64,000 nucleotides of DNA. Source: Thalia democratica (Eukaryota). Location: contig OZ241826.1 in NCBI GenBank assembly GCA_965202585.1, positions 104,532,001-104,596,000 on the forward strand, given 5' to 3'. Shown here in pieces: positions 51,912 to 64,000 of this stretch (position 1 is the first letter of the stretch; every line of letters starts with the position of its first letter). The position numbers and the translations under genes are program-made. The notes beneath the pieces are model-generated. The model saw only the letters and a program-made list of their open reading frames with translations. It was not told the origin of the DNA and did not search any database.

Positions 51912-52262
51912 CAGAAGTCGGCAAACTGCGGCCCGCGGGCCAAATGCGGTCCTTTAAGTCAAAATCTGCGGCCCGCGAGCTCCTTTTCTGCAATAAAATA
52001 TACATTTTAGAAACAATAAAAATTCAATTTTTTGTAAAAAAAACTTACATTTAGGCTCTTAATTCAATAAATACTATTTATTAGTGGTGTAATATTACTT
52101 AAGTTGTTATATTTCTGATCTTAAATAATATTTTTCTACTGGTTACTAGAATTTTTTTTAGATAAATTCGGCCCTCAAAGGTTTTTTTCTAAATAGTGCG
52201 GCCCACGAGCAACTTTTACTAAGAAAATTGGCCCGCGAGTCACATAAGGCTGCCAACCTCTG
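51912..52262. mobile_element. hAT-like MITE (GGCCCGCGGGCC family)
   Basis: CAGAAGTCGGCA ... TGCCAACCTCTG; flanks TTTTAGTA/TATTAGTA (7/8 match). Confidence 0.75.
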
Positions 52263-53274
52263 TATTAGTATCTAAATTGTGAACTAGTATTAGTTGTGTA
52301 AAATTAGGTGCATAATCTAAATAACAGATTAATAATAAAAAAATGAACTAATGGTAGTTATTTAAAAATTGTTAAGTTTAGGACCAATTAGTAACCTAAA
52401 CTTGTTGTAGACTTATAAACAATAGTAGCAAACTTTAAAAATTCTACGATTGGAATTTACCGAGAGTAAAATTAATAATAAAAAAGTTTTCTGTATAAAA
52501 TAGATAGTTTTTTTAAGATCCCATTTTTAACTTTATTCGTTTTTATGAAGTATCAAATTTAAAAAAACTATGAATCTTAAAAATATTAAATCAAGTTTAC
52601 GTTTTAACTATCAACGAGGACTAAAAACTATTAAACTGATGCCGTTTGAATAGAATTAAATCAAAGTTTGTGCTTAGATGATCTTAAAACTCATTTGATA
52701 AAGTTTGCGAAATTGAAAACTAAACAAATAATCATGTGCGATCATGTAAGTTTTCGTATCAATAATTATTTTTTAGAAATTATTTAAATAATTGATTAAT
52801 TATTAAGTAATAATCGTATTTTTGAAAGTACATACTATTTTCTTTGTATTTAGTCACAAATAATCGTTTTTATTATAAAGTAAATACTTCAATTAAAACA
52901 AATTTTAATCTAAAATTGAATTAAACAGTCATAATTTTTAATAAGTTTAAGTAGTGTAACTCTATTTATCAGAAAATACTAAAATGAAAACTCGTGTCCG
53001 CTTGCAGTAAATGAAAGTTAAGTCTTTATTCCAATAAAAGTATTCATATTTTTTGTGGTTGGTGTAATTTTATTGTAGTTTAATTTGAATAATAAATACA
53101 TAAGTATACGGATTTTAAAATAAGTCTATATTTAGTTTTGCATTAAAACATGAAACAAAGTTTTAAAAGCCTCGATAAAATTCTTAAGAGTAGTGAATTA
53201 CTGTAACACTGTAACAACAATTAGTAGATTTAGCACATATTTGCCTTGAAACTGAAAAAATGACTAGTAGTGAC

Positions 53275-54331
53275 CAGGGGCGTAGCGTGGGGAGGGACAC
53301 TGGCGCATGCGTCCCACCCAAAAAAAAATGTAAAAAAATAATGTAATATCTTTATCCTTTATAGTTTATTTTTTCTGCTTAATTTGCCTTTTTTCAACTA
53401 TGTTTATCTAGTATTCAAAAAGTTAAACGAAATTTTGAATACCAATTAGTGACAAGTTAGGAAAGTACATGTTATTACTCAATTTACTGATTCGGTGCGT
53501 AATTGCAAATGCGCACCGATGTTGATGAAAAACTCCAAAAGGAAAAATTTTATAAGTTTATTAACTTCATAAGAATTTAGACTCAAAAAGCACGCAACTA
53601 ATATAGCGCACCGCTGTAGTATAACCTTATGGCAGATTATTTTTCTACAAAAAGTTTACAAAAATACGTCACGCTTAAAGAAAAATTAAACAATTTTACA
53701 ACTTTTTTTTATGCTACATTGTTAAGACTAGTTTTCTGAACTTTATTTTTGTAAACATACAAGATAAGCGTGTCGTCCTATGAGAAATAAACTTTGTTTG
53801 TGATTTTTATTTAAAATCAAATGAATTAAATTTAAAAAGTATACTTTTAACTACTTTACAAAGTTGTAATAAACTGTAATAACAGTTATAAAGTTGGTCT
53901 ATTTTAACTTCTGTGTAACTTTATTAAAATTATGTGCAATGAGGTGTTGTTATCACTGTTGTATTGTATATTAAAGAGATTGATATGTTTTTCGTAAAAA
54001 AAAAACAGATACTTTCGTTTTTTGAATATATTAATTTATAAAGATATTAAGTTTCCTATAAGTAATAAAAACAATTTTTATTTAGTAAGTTTACATTTTT
54101 GCAAGTATAAGTATTTCTAATGAAATTTATACTTTTATTTAATTGTTTAATGAAGTTATATATAAATATTTTTTTTAAAAGTTAACGAACTTATTTTACT
54201 TAATAGATTTATTTCAATTATATTACTCATTAAAAGTTTTTTTATAGCTAATTACAAAAGTTTTAATTTAGAAGATTTTTTGAGAAAAAAATTTGCGCAC
54301 CCCCTGACCAAAATACCACGCTACGCCACTG
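53275..54331. mobile_element. hAT-like non-autonomous element, 8-bp TSD GTAGTGAC
   Basis: CAGGGGCGTAGCGTGG ... CCACGCTACGCCACTG; perfect GTAGTGAC duplication. Confidence 0.88.
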
Positions 54332-57300
54332 GTAGTGACTACTGAATGTTTTAGTAATCAAAACTTATAGTAATTTTTGGAGATAAAGTTCATTTTTTCC
54401 GGTTTGAAACATAGTTAAAATGTTTAAGATATTTTGTTGTTCTATTTTTTGTTGTTGTATTTTTGATAGCTATGCACAAATTGTAAATAAAACGTTACTT
54501 GGTGTACAATATTTTTTTAAATTTTTCTTATTTTTAACTACCATAAGCCATTTAAAAATATTAAAACTTTCGTAAAGTTCAAAACAAAGCTTAAATACTA
54601 CTTAAACTTATCATTTAACGTTTAACACATTTAAAACAAGACTAAATAAAACAAGCTTTTAATAGTAAAAAATACTTAATACTAATTTTTTATTAAAATT
54701 GTGTTCAAATAAGTATGTTTAAATATATTTTTTATATACTTTTGAGTACCCTATATTTTTTATCTAGTATTTTCTTCAAAGTGCTTTATTTAAAGTTTAA
54801 CTACAATTTACACCCACGAATTAACACCGATATTTTAATATAGTTGTTATAATTGTATTTTATATTGGGGCAAGTATTAACATTAAACAAAAAACGTTAA
54901 ACCTTACCGAAAGTATAAAACTTATACGCTTGCCAAATTCAAAAAGTGTATTTTTTATACAAACTTCACTTATAATAGCAAAAATCTGTCATTAAAAAAG
55001 AAATTCTTTAACAATTAAAAGATATCCCGCTTCCCACCAAAAATTCCACTTGTTGAATCCTATGTTAATAAGAAGATTACCTATAGCCAAGCAATAATTA
55101 TAACTTCTAAATCGTGTTTAATAATAATTAAATACTTCAATTATTAGTGAGTTACATTTTGTTTTGTAAGTTTTTTACAAAAATAACATATATGTGGATG
55201 AATTTTATTAATTTTGTACTTACACTATGTTATAAAAAATTTTCAAAAAAGTTTTTTTTATAATTCTTGCAATTTTTTAAGAATCGACAAACTGCGTAAG
55301 CAAAAAGTCTTAACATTTATTATAAGCTATGATTTTGAAATTATTTAAAGCTGTCGAAAACAAAATTAGTATTAATACTTTTTAGCTTCTTTATCTTGAG
55401 CTTAACCAGACTACTTAAGATTAATCAAACAATTATTTCAATTTGTATCTTATTTCGGTTGATATAACAACTGAAACTTATCGTATCTACTTTGCTAAGG
55501 TTACAACGTCTTTAATCCTTTAGGTTTAGGAGATAAAATAAAGTTTACTTAAGCTATATATATTTAAATTATTAAACAGTTTTGAAATTTCTATAAGTAT
55601 TATGGCATGACAAGTTTTATAAAACACATAAACAAACTTGTAATTTCGTTGTGTTGTTTTAAAAAGCAAAACCAAAAAGTATGTTTTTGTAGTTTTATGT
55701 TTAGAGGTTTATAAAGTATAGTTAAAATGCTATTTTAAGTCTTTTTAATAAGCTCTACAAACAAATAAAAATCGAAAATTGAAGCTTTTTATTTTTGTTC
55801 TCATAAAAGATAGCAATTTTCTTACTATTTAATGCCTTTTATTAAAAAAACTTTTAATAAGTTTTACGACTGTAGTCTTAAAGAACATACAGAGTATATG
55901 TAGAGTGTTTAGTTTAATTTATTTAAATCACTTAGTTCAAGACAATATAAACATATAAAAGTTTTAAAATTATATGAAAATTTAGACATACTATTTTTTT
56001 TATTTTTAAATTAACAAAAAAATGTTTGAATCTAATAAAGAAAATCAACATGAAACAAAAACTTTGTTTATAGGAAATATAAACATCGGAGAATAGTTGA
56101 ATGTTGCTCAAGCTTTTAATTTTAACAATCTTTTATAAACAGGGATGTCTTAAATGTTTAGAACATACTTAAGAATTAAACAAAAAGTTTGAGCTAATTA
56201 AAGTGATTCTTATAAAAGTTTTTACATGTTAAAAATTGCAGCATTACTAAATATTGCTTAAATATAGCAAATGTTTCAACAAAAGTTATCAGGTTTTAGT
56301 ATGAAACAAGACATAAAACTAATACTGAGTACGACTGTTTTGTCAATTCTAAAAACTTCGTACACTTGTTTTTAATGGATAACTTAAAGCTGCATTTTCA
56401 TGTCTAAATTGTCGTATTAGCTTTGCTGTACCGCTTTTTTAAAAATAATTTAACCTACATCTAGCATAAGTATAAAGCATATTAAGCTCTTTTGTTTTAG
56501 TCTGGTAAAATAAACTTATAATTTGTTTTATAGTTCTAAATAGTTTTTAAGGTAGTAAAAGTTTATCACTTTGACATTAATTTTACGAGTTAAAGTTTAA
56601 TTATAGATCAGCAGTCGAAGTTTAGGTTTTAATACATCAACAATAATTTTACGGTTTGTATAAAATGTATTTGTGAACTTTTTTAGTTTTATAGTTTTTA
56701 CGAGTTATCAGCTGCCAAAATTTCAAAACCTATTTTTGTGCTTAAATTACTGATTAAATTTTTTTCTTTATTTACTGTTTAGTTTTCAAGCTTGATATTA
56801 GACTGATGTAGCTAATTTTAAATGTGTTATTAAGTTAAAGGTTCAAAATATGTGTTCTAATAGACTTGATGTGAACACAAAAATAATTATAATGTTTAAT
56901 ATTATCATAGAATGTGTATTATTCTCAAATTGGTTTAAATTTAGTACTTATACGAAAAAACATGTATTTTGTTTAAACAGTTAACATGCTTTAATTGTAC
57001 AAAATATGTTTGTTTTAGATTGATTTTTTTAGAGGTTTTTACAAAACTAATTAAATATTTTAGTCATGTGCTTTTAATTCAATTGAACTTTTCTTTATCA
57101 TTTACTTTTAATTTACTCCAGCTGTTTAACTATTCTTTGAAATAGCTTAGTTTAAAGTATAAGCTCGTTAATTTTGTCTATAGAAACATATATCTAAATA
57201 TCATATGATAACTTTCATGTAGCTTTTTTTGAATCTCTTAAAACTAGTTGTGTAAATACTAGTTTTGAACTAAAACTAATTGTCTATCGTTAGACTTTAG

Positions 57301-57471
57301 TTGTTACACTGGTTATAGTTGTTAACTGAGACAGATTAAGTTTAGCTTTGAGTTCCTAGCTACAAGTATTCATTTTAAAATCAATATGTAATATGATTTT
57401 GGTTTCGTCCTTATTAAGACACTCTGCGATCTAGTGCTAATTAAGGTTGCGTTTTTAAACATTACTACTAG

Positions 57472-60400
57472 GTTAACAAACATCTTTTTAAAAAAATTGA
57501 CGTTTCTGCATCATTAGAAACTGCATTTGAGTGCTACATCAGATTTTGGTACATTACAACTAAAATTTAACTTAACATATTAAAAAAAGGTTACTTTTTT
57601 TGTACCAATATTTATGGTTTTGAGAAATTTGAAAACTAAGTTTTGTAAGAACATAAACATGATTTAAAATATGTGTGATGTTTCATTATTGACTCTTTAA
57701 CACTAAAAGTTTTTTTCTAACTTTTTATAAACCAAGCAGTTAATATTAAGCTACGATGATTTTTCAGTATTTATATTTTTTGTATCATTGAATATGCTTA
57801 ATAAATGTTTAAATATATAACAGAATACATTTCATTTTCTTTAAATTTATTTAAGTACTTTCGTAGTAAGTAGTACTAAATAAATTGAAAGAAAATGAAA
57901 TGTATTCTGTTATATATTTTTAGTAAGTTATGCATCGGAAAAAAGCTGTTCAAATGATTAAATCTAATAGCTAGGTAGTTTATAATCTTTTGAAGTTCAT
58001 AAAAGCTAGCTTATTTTTTTAAAGCAGACCATTTTTTTGTTTTAATATGAATGCAATTGAAAGTTTTCGCAATATATCGCCATCACTAATGCATAGATAT
58101 CAAGTGAAGGGTCACTTAACTTTAACGGCAAAAAAACTCGGGGTTAGTTAAGATTATATAAACTTTATAAAATAAAATTAAAATTAACTTGATAAATTTT
58201 GTAATGAAAGTCTTGTTATAAATTTGTTGAAATTTTCTAACATAAGCAAAATTTAGCTAACTTGAAGATTAAGGTTTAAAAGTGTATATTTGTAATTCAT
58301 TTATTTTAGTTTTCATTTTGTAAAAAATTTAACAAAAAAATATTTTTAAACTTAAACTAAAGTGTTAAAGAAGTTGAACAGTTAGTGTATATCATACAGT
58401 TTAAAAAAAAGCAATTTTGTATGTTTATTTCTTAAACTGTTCAATGTTTAAGTAATTAGTTTATTTACGTTGAAACGAGTTTTTTCATTAACGACCCGTA
58501 CTGTATTATATCAAGAAATATTAAACAAAATTAGATCACAAAGAGCTCATTTAAGCTAACATGTTAAAACTAGTTGTGAAATTTTATGAAAGCTGAAATT
58601 GTTTTAAAATAAATAAAACAAAATGTAGTTATAATAAAATAAGTACTTTGATTACAGAAAGTGTTATGCATATTGTCGGTAGCTTATTTGATACTAGGAT
58701 TAGTCTGGTGGGATTGCTCGGATGATTTCACATCTCTTGTGTACTGCTTCAAATTCAGTTTGATTGTGAGTTTTGAAGTGTATATTTTGTACTTTACAAT
58801 ATTTTTTGTTTTAAATAAAATTGTCTAGTCATTTTAAAATGATAAGAAATTTTTAACATGTAAATGTAAAGAGTTAGTATCTACAGAAAAAATAACATTA
58901 ATTTTAAGATATAACGTCTTGTTTTGTAAATTTGCTTAGACGTTTACAATTTTTTTCAAACAATAAAAATACATTTTGAAATTTAAAAAATCATTTTATT
59001 CCATGTACAAGGTTTCTACAAAAATTAAATTCAGAAACGTCTTTTTTAATCATTTTATATAAATAATACTGTCTAAAACGACGACTCTTAATATACTATG
59101 TTTTTAATAAAATGTTAGATTTCAGAGCATTTTGTAAGACTACATTCTGTTTGTAAGTAATTCTAATTTTTTTTTATAAATTTTTATTAAAAAGTTCAAA
59201 ACAACTTCGTTTTCTTATGAGTTAGTTTTTATTCACTCTGTACTTATGTTTTAACATGATTTAAAAAAATCATAATATCAAAACTAAATCTAACATAATT
59301 TATTTTTTAGCATCTTTTGCTTTTTGGTGATAGCTTCAGCCATTATGACGTGGAAGAGAAATTGAAATATAAAGTTTGTTCTTGAAACTAAACTAAAAAA
59401 TTAATCTAATTAAAATTCTTAAGTATTTTTTGTAAAAAAAAACTTAAAAATTTAAATATAATTTTTGAAAATACAAGTAAAAAACGCTAAAAAATATATG
59501 GTCATTTATGTGTTTTATTCAAATCTAACAATTCAATTTAAACTTTATTTTATATATAGATTTCCCAAGACTCTACTAAACGGCGGTTAAAATCGAAACA
59601 AGTTAGTCAAATCTTACACATTAAAAAAAAAATTAAGTTATTATATGTTATATTGTAAAATATGTTAATTTCTATTTACATTCAAAATTTCAATAACACT
59701 CAACTGCTCTTGTTACAATTTGAAATTAAATTACTTATTTTTATTATGAAATATCAAAGATTACAAAGTTTTGAAAATGTAATAGCTATCTGAAAGGTTT
59801 TTGCTCGTTATTGACCTACTGTATCATAACTTAACAGTTTTTATGCTAAAACTTTCTCCTACATACTTTTTATTGCTTGATAAAACTATTTTTTTTACCT
59901 AGAGTATGAACAATTGTACATAGTATAAAACATTTTAATTAGTATGTATTTTTCTAAAACCACTTAAACTAGAACCTTAAAAGTATATTTAATAATTTAA
60001 AATATAAAAAAAAAACTTTCTTAAATTAAATAAAAAACAATTATGAATATTTTAGTTTCTTAATACTTTAACTAAACTCGTTTTTCTTCTTTACAACAGG
60101 ATATTATAGTGTTTTTGTTCAAAGTAATTGCTACATATCTGTTTGAAATAATGGTGTTGTTGCAGTTTTATACATGGTACATGTTTCAAACTGATGTATT
60201 GTACAGCAGTTATGTTAGTATGCTTTTAAAATTGTGGTGCATTCTTAACGTAGTTTTATAATAAATTTTACTATAAAGTTAAACGATCGATTATTTTAAT
60301 TTATTTGAATTTATATGAAAGCAAATCTTAAAAGTTTATCCAGATAGCATTTCGTATACAAAATATTCTAAGTTTGCTACTTATTTAAAGCTAATTCTTA

Positions 60401-61176
60401 ATTTTGTACTGAGTAAGCTAGTTAGCAAAAGTTTTATAAGAATTGAAAAATACTATAAAAAGAAACAAACAATGCTTTTATAGATTTATAGTCATTACGT
60501 TTGATTTATCAAAGGATCTTACTTTTTATTAGCAACAAAAGTTTAAAAAAATTATAAGGTTTTTTATTTCAACTCATAACACTACAGATTTGGCTGGAAA
60601 ATGAAATGATACGAAACAGTTATACTTGGTTATTTCTGCTTTTGTTATCATCATTATCAACTATCAGTTTGGTGCTTTATAACATGTTCTTGCTAAAACT
60701 GGAACTGGAAATATACAGCATGGTACTTTTGGTTTTATTGTATAAATCTTATATATAGTAGATATATGTATTAGATATAGGTGTATATATTTTTTTAAAC
60801 AAATATTTATGTTTTTTACTAAAGTTGAACACAAGTGAAAATATTTAAATTAAAATCAGCACTTAATAGAAATATATAAAAAACACTTTCAGCTGCTTAA
60901 GCGTTTAATGAAGGTTGTTTAGATAGTTTCATACTTATTTAAAACATATTATTAAAAAACTGCATAAAATTCTACACAAATCCTCTCTTTCCATTAAAAA
61001 TAAATAATTGTTAGCAATTTATTATAACTGAATGACAAAAAGTTTTTGCACTTTAAAAAAAATCTCTAAAGATAAAACTGATAAAATACTTTAGCAATTT
61101 CATACAGGAATCAGTAACAGAAGAGACAGAACATTTATTAAAAGAACCGTATGAAAAAGGGAATAAAAAATCATAA
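57472..61176 (+). CDS. Putative multi-pass membrane protein, 3' portion (7 exons); possibly XK-related family
   Basis: Seven short AG/GT-bounded segments join in compatible phases without internal stops: 57472-57548, 58025-58110, 58698-58765, 59311-59373, 60100-60213, 60588-60722, 61108-61176 (TAA). Product ...GLVWWDCSDDFTSLVYCFKFSLIHLLLFGDSF...DIIVFLFKVIATYLFEIMVLLQFYTWYMF...YTWLFLLLLSSLSTISLVLYNMFLL...EPYEKGNKKS*. The first two exons are the least certain, 5' exons were not resolved, and the family assignment is only a pattern impression. Confidence 0.55.
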
Positions 61177-63297
61177 GTTAGTTTGTAAAGTTAAGACCTA
61201 GTAGATTCAAAACAACAAATATAGAATATATTTGTTTGATAGCTAGTTTTGTTGAACATAAACATTTAGACTATTTTGAACTAAAAAAAAAAAACTAAAT
61301 TAAGTATTACAAATAAATATTGATTTCGAGCAGTTTTAAGTAGATTCAAAATTTTAGTTTTTGTTTATAGGTTGTTTTGTACTAATATGAAATTGAAAAA
61401 AACAAAGTTTAATTTCCTACATTTAGTTGCTTGAAAATCACTCTTTAGCCGCGAATGTAAAAAAAAATTATTTGCTTAAATATTGAAAAAAGCTGTTATA
61501 TATTTTATGTTTTTAAACAAAGAAATTTTTTTTTTATAAAATACTTAAATAATAGTTCTAAAAGAGGAAAAGTGAACAACAAAAAGCTGAAGAAAATCAT
61601 CGTCAAGCAGCCACAAAGTGAAATAAAAGTCAGCATAATATTTCTTCAGTAACCAGATTTTTGTAAATGATGAAAATACTTATATTAAAAAAGTATTTTC
61701 TGTTGTTTGTGATTTATTGTTTCTAGTTTTTAAAGGTTTTAAATAGTTTTACACTCTCAGTAACAGAACGCTATAATTCTTATTTGAAATTCTCCATTTG
61801 ATCTTATTTGATTTTGAATAACCATATTAAAACACAAGAAATATTTGCTTATTTTATTAAAGTTTGTTTTAATTTGTGAATAAATGTTAAGTTTTGAAAA
61901 GTATGTTTATGTAACACTTAAATAATTAAACTTTATTGCTATTGCTTTAGTTTTTTTTATATTGTACAGCTGTAACGCTGTGCAGCTGTAAGGTTAGTCA
62001 TGATGTTTCATGCTTTTTTTTTTTAAATATAACTTTAGGTTTATAGTTTTTATTGTGTTCCATAGATGCTTTCAAATAGTTTAATCATAGAACTTTAAAG
62101 TTTGAACTTTTAAAAGTTTTGTAAGTATTTAAAAGTTGTGACTACTAACCAACTTTAACGTAATATCTAGTAAGAATGTTAGATTTTGTCGTAGGCTAGT
62201 TAGTATTGCTAGCCATCTAAAGCTATTTTTGTGGTAAGATTCATATATTTAGACAAAAAAAGTAGATGAGATTATTTTGAACTTTTAGACAAGTAATTTT
62301 AGTAAATCTAAACTGAGTGAGTTCTAAAATTAGTTAGTAAAACTTTATAGTTTTTAGTTGAAAAAAAAGTTGATTAAAATAGTGATACTACAAAATTCAG
62401 TAATACGATACAAACGATGTTGTTTAAAAAATATTTTATATTTCATCATAACTTAAACTTGATATAGAATCACAAAAGCTTTATGAAATTCTGTTGTACT
62501 AATTTATTATAATCAAAATAAAGGATCAAGTTTAGTTTTTTAATATTGTTTCTAATAAAAAAGATAAACAGTTTTAAAATCGGTAGTTAAAGCTACTAAA
62601 AAAATCGGTAGATATATACTTTAAAGTTTATTATGGTACTAAAATCTATAAAAAACAACTATAGTTTCATTAATGTCAAACCTAAGTAAAGTTTCATTTT
62701 CTTAATAAAAATGCATTTAATATTTTACTTTATATTTTCTAAAAATAAACGTATTGTTTTGATATAAAACAGTTTTTTATACTATTAGACATAAACATAA
62801 AAACATAAGCTTATCTTATTTTAAGTATAAAGATTAATGCAAAAGATGGTTAATTTAAAGTATAATCTTATGAAATTATAGAAAATGAGTTGTTTTTTAT
62901 TACTATTTGCAATTTAAAATGAGCATAAATATCAATTAATTTTTTTTTCAAATAAAACCTAAATCTTGTAAAGTTTACTTGATTTTTTTCAAAAGTTGAG
63001 TAACTTTAAACTGTACTTGGTTTACAAAATATTTAAATGGATTTAATACGTAGTTTTTCAAATTTATAAAAATATTGCTAAGAAATTAAAAACTAAAAAT
63101 GATAATTTAGTTGATATATTGTTTCTTTACATTTCCAGAAACTTGCTTACTTAATTTTGGCTTTTTTTCTTCGATGAGCATCGATTCCAAACTATAAAGC
63201 TCACCTCAGGGACACCTTTGTGGAACTTTTAGTTTGTTGTAGGTATTGGATTTTTAACACTGCATACAATAATGCAAATGAACATTGCAAATGGTTA

Positions 63298-63398
63298 TTA
63301 AGTAGCACTGCGTTTGTTCTTTACTTTATGGTCAACAAACCTTCTAAACAAAACTAAAACCAGATATGCTAGTATCAGGAAATGGAAAAGTAGCCATA
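63298..63398 (-). CDS. Possible terminal coding exon of a minus-strand membrane-protein gene entering from beyond the window
   Basis: Acceptor-like ATAGCTAG, then WLLFHFLILAYLVLVLFRRFVDHKVKNKRSAT* (hydrophobic helix plus basic tail). Single exon only, and the plus-strand frames here are also partly open. Confidence 0.25.
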
Positions 63399-64000
63399 CT
63401 AGCTATATATTAATTCAATTATTAATATTAGTTTTTGTTTTTGTTTGTTTGTAAATTGTTCGTTTTTACAAACCTGATATTCACAGAGCTCAAAATTATT
63501 GAGCATTATGTTTAAATTATGTATCTGTACGTGTTTATGCTTTAGCAACATTATAAACGGTTTTGTTGTTTTTATATTTATTCTAGCTGCAGGTGTTTCG
63601 CAATAGAAAAAATATGTTAGTTGTTAAAAACATGCTTTAACAATTTTTGTAATAAATTTACAACTTTAAGTGACTGAAAGCGAGAGTTCGTGAATTTAAA
63701 GAAATATTGTTAAATAGGTTTTTCGATTAAATACAAGTTTAGTTAACTTAGACAATCCGAAAACATCTCATTACAAGAACAAATGAGTTTTATAGTAACT
63801 AGTTGTAGAAGTGCAGCCACAGCAAATATAAAAATTTTATTGTTAAAAAAATTAAATAAGACTAAGTTTTTTGAAGTTATGAGTAACGCAATAACTTGTT
63901 TGGTTTCAAAAAACAAAAACTACCTATATTAAAAACAAATTAGTTACCTATAATGAAAATAAGAGTAAAAACAAGTTAAACCTGTTAAGTTAAAAGTAAA

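Noticed and set aside
57290-57445. Further upstream exon of the membrane-protein gene, or a stop-codon reassignment
   Set aside because: Every frame has stops and no clean phase-compatible boundaries. The three gene models use the standard code and end at TGA/TAA, so there is no support for recoding.
63139-63400. Plus-strand coding exon after TTTCCAG
   Set aside because: All three frames hit stops within about 20 codons of the acceptor; only the weak minus-strand reading was kept.

Overview
Very AT-rich, intron-rich eukaryotic (animal, probably invertebrate; species not identifiable here) genomic DNA. It contains: (1) the last 19 coding exons of an exportin-2/CSE1L gene on + (1308-29991; the 5' part lies before the window); (2) a complete 10-exon minus-strand gene (42053-35654) encoding a secreted YHYH-domain protein with a Gly/Pro/Met/Arg-rich tail; (3) seven short in-frame exons (57472-61176, +) of a multi-pass membrane protein that the ORF track misses; (4) many non-autonomous CAG...CTG TIR elements, some nested, with 6- or 8-bp target duplications, plus two foldback structures. 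The most striking unexplained signal is a set of exon-boundary 'echoes'. Most CSE1L exons and several YHYH exons are flanked by tandem copies of their own splice junction: acceptor + exon start always upstream, exon end + donor always downstream. The extreme case is a 6.1-kb array of about 75 decoy acceptor/mini-exon units. In the best-aligned CSE1L echoes, differences from the functional exon are mostly synonymous. All coordinates and counts were derived by hand.
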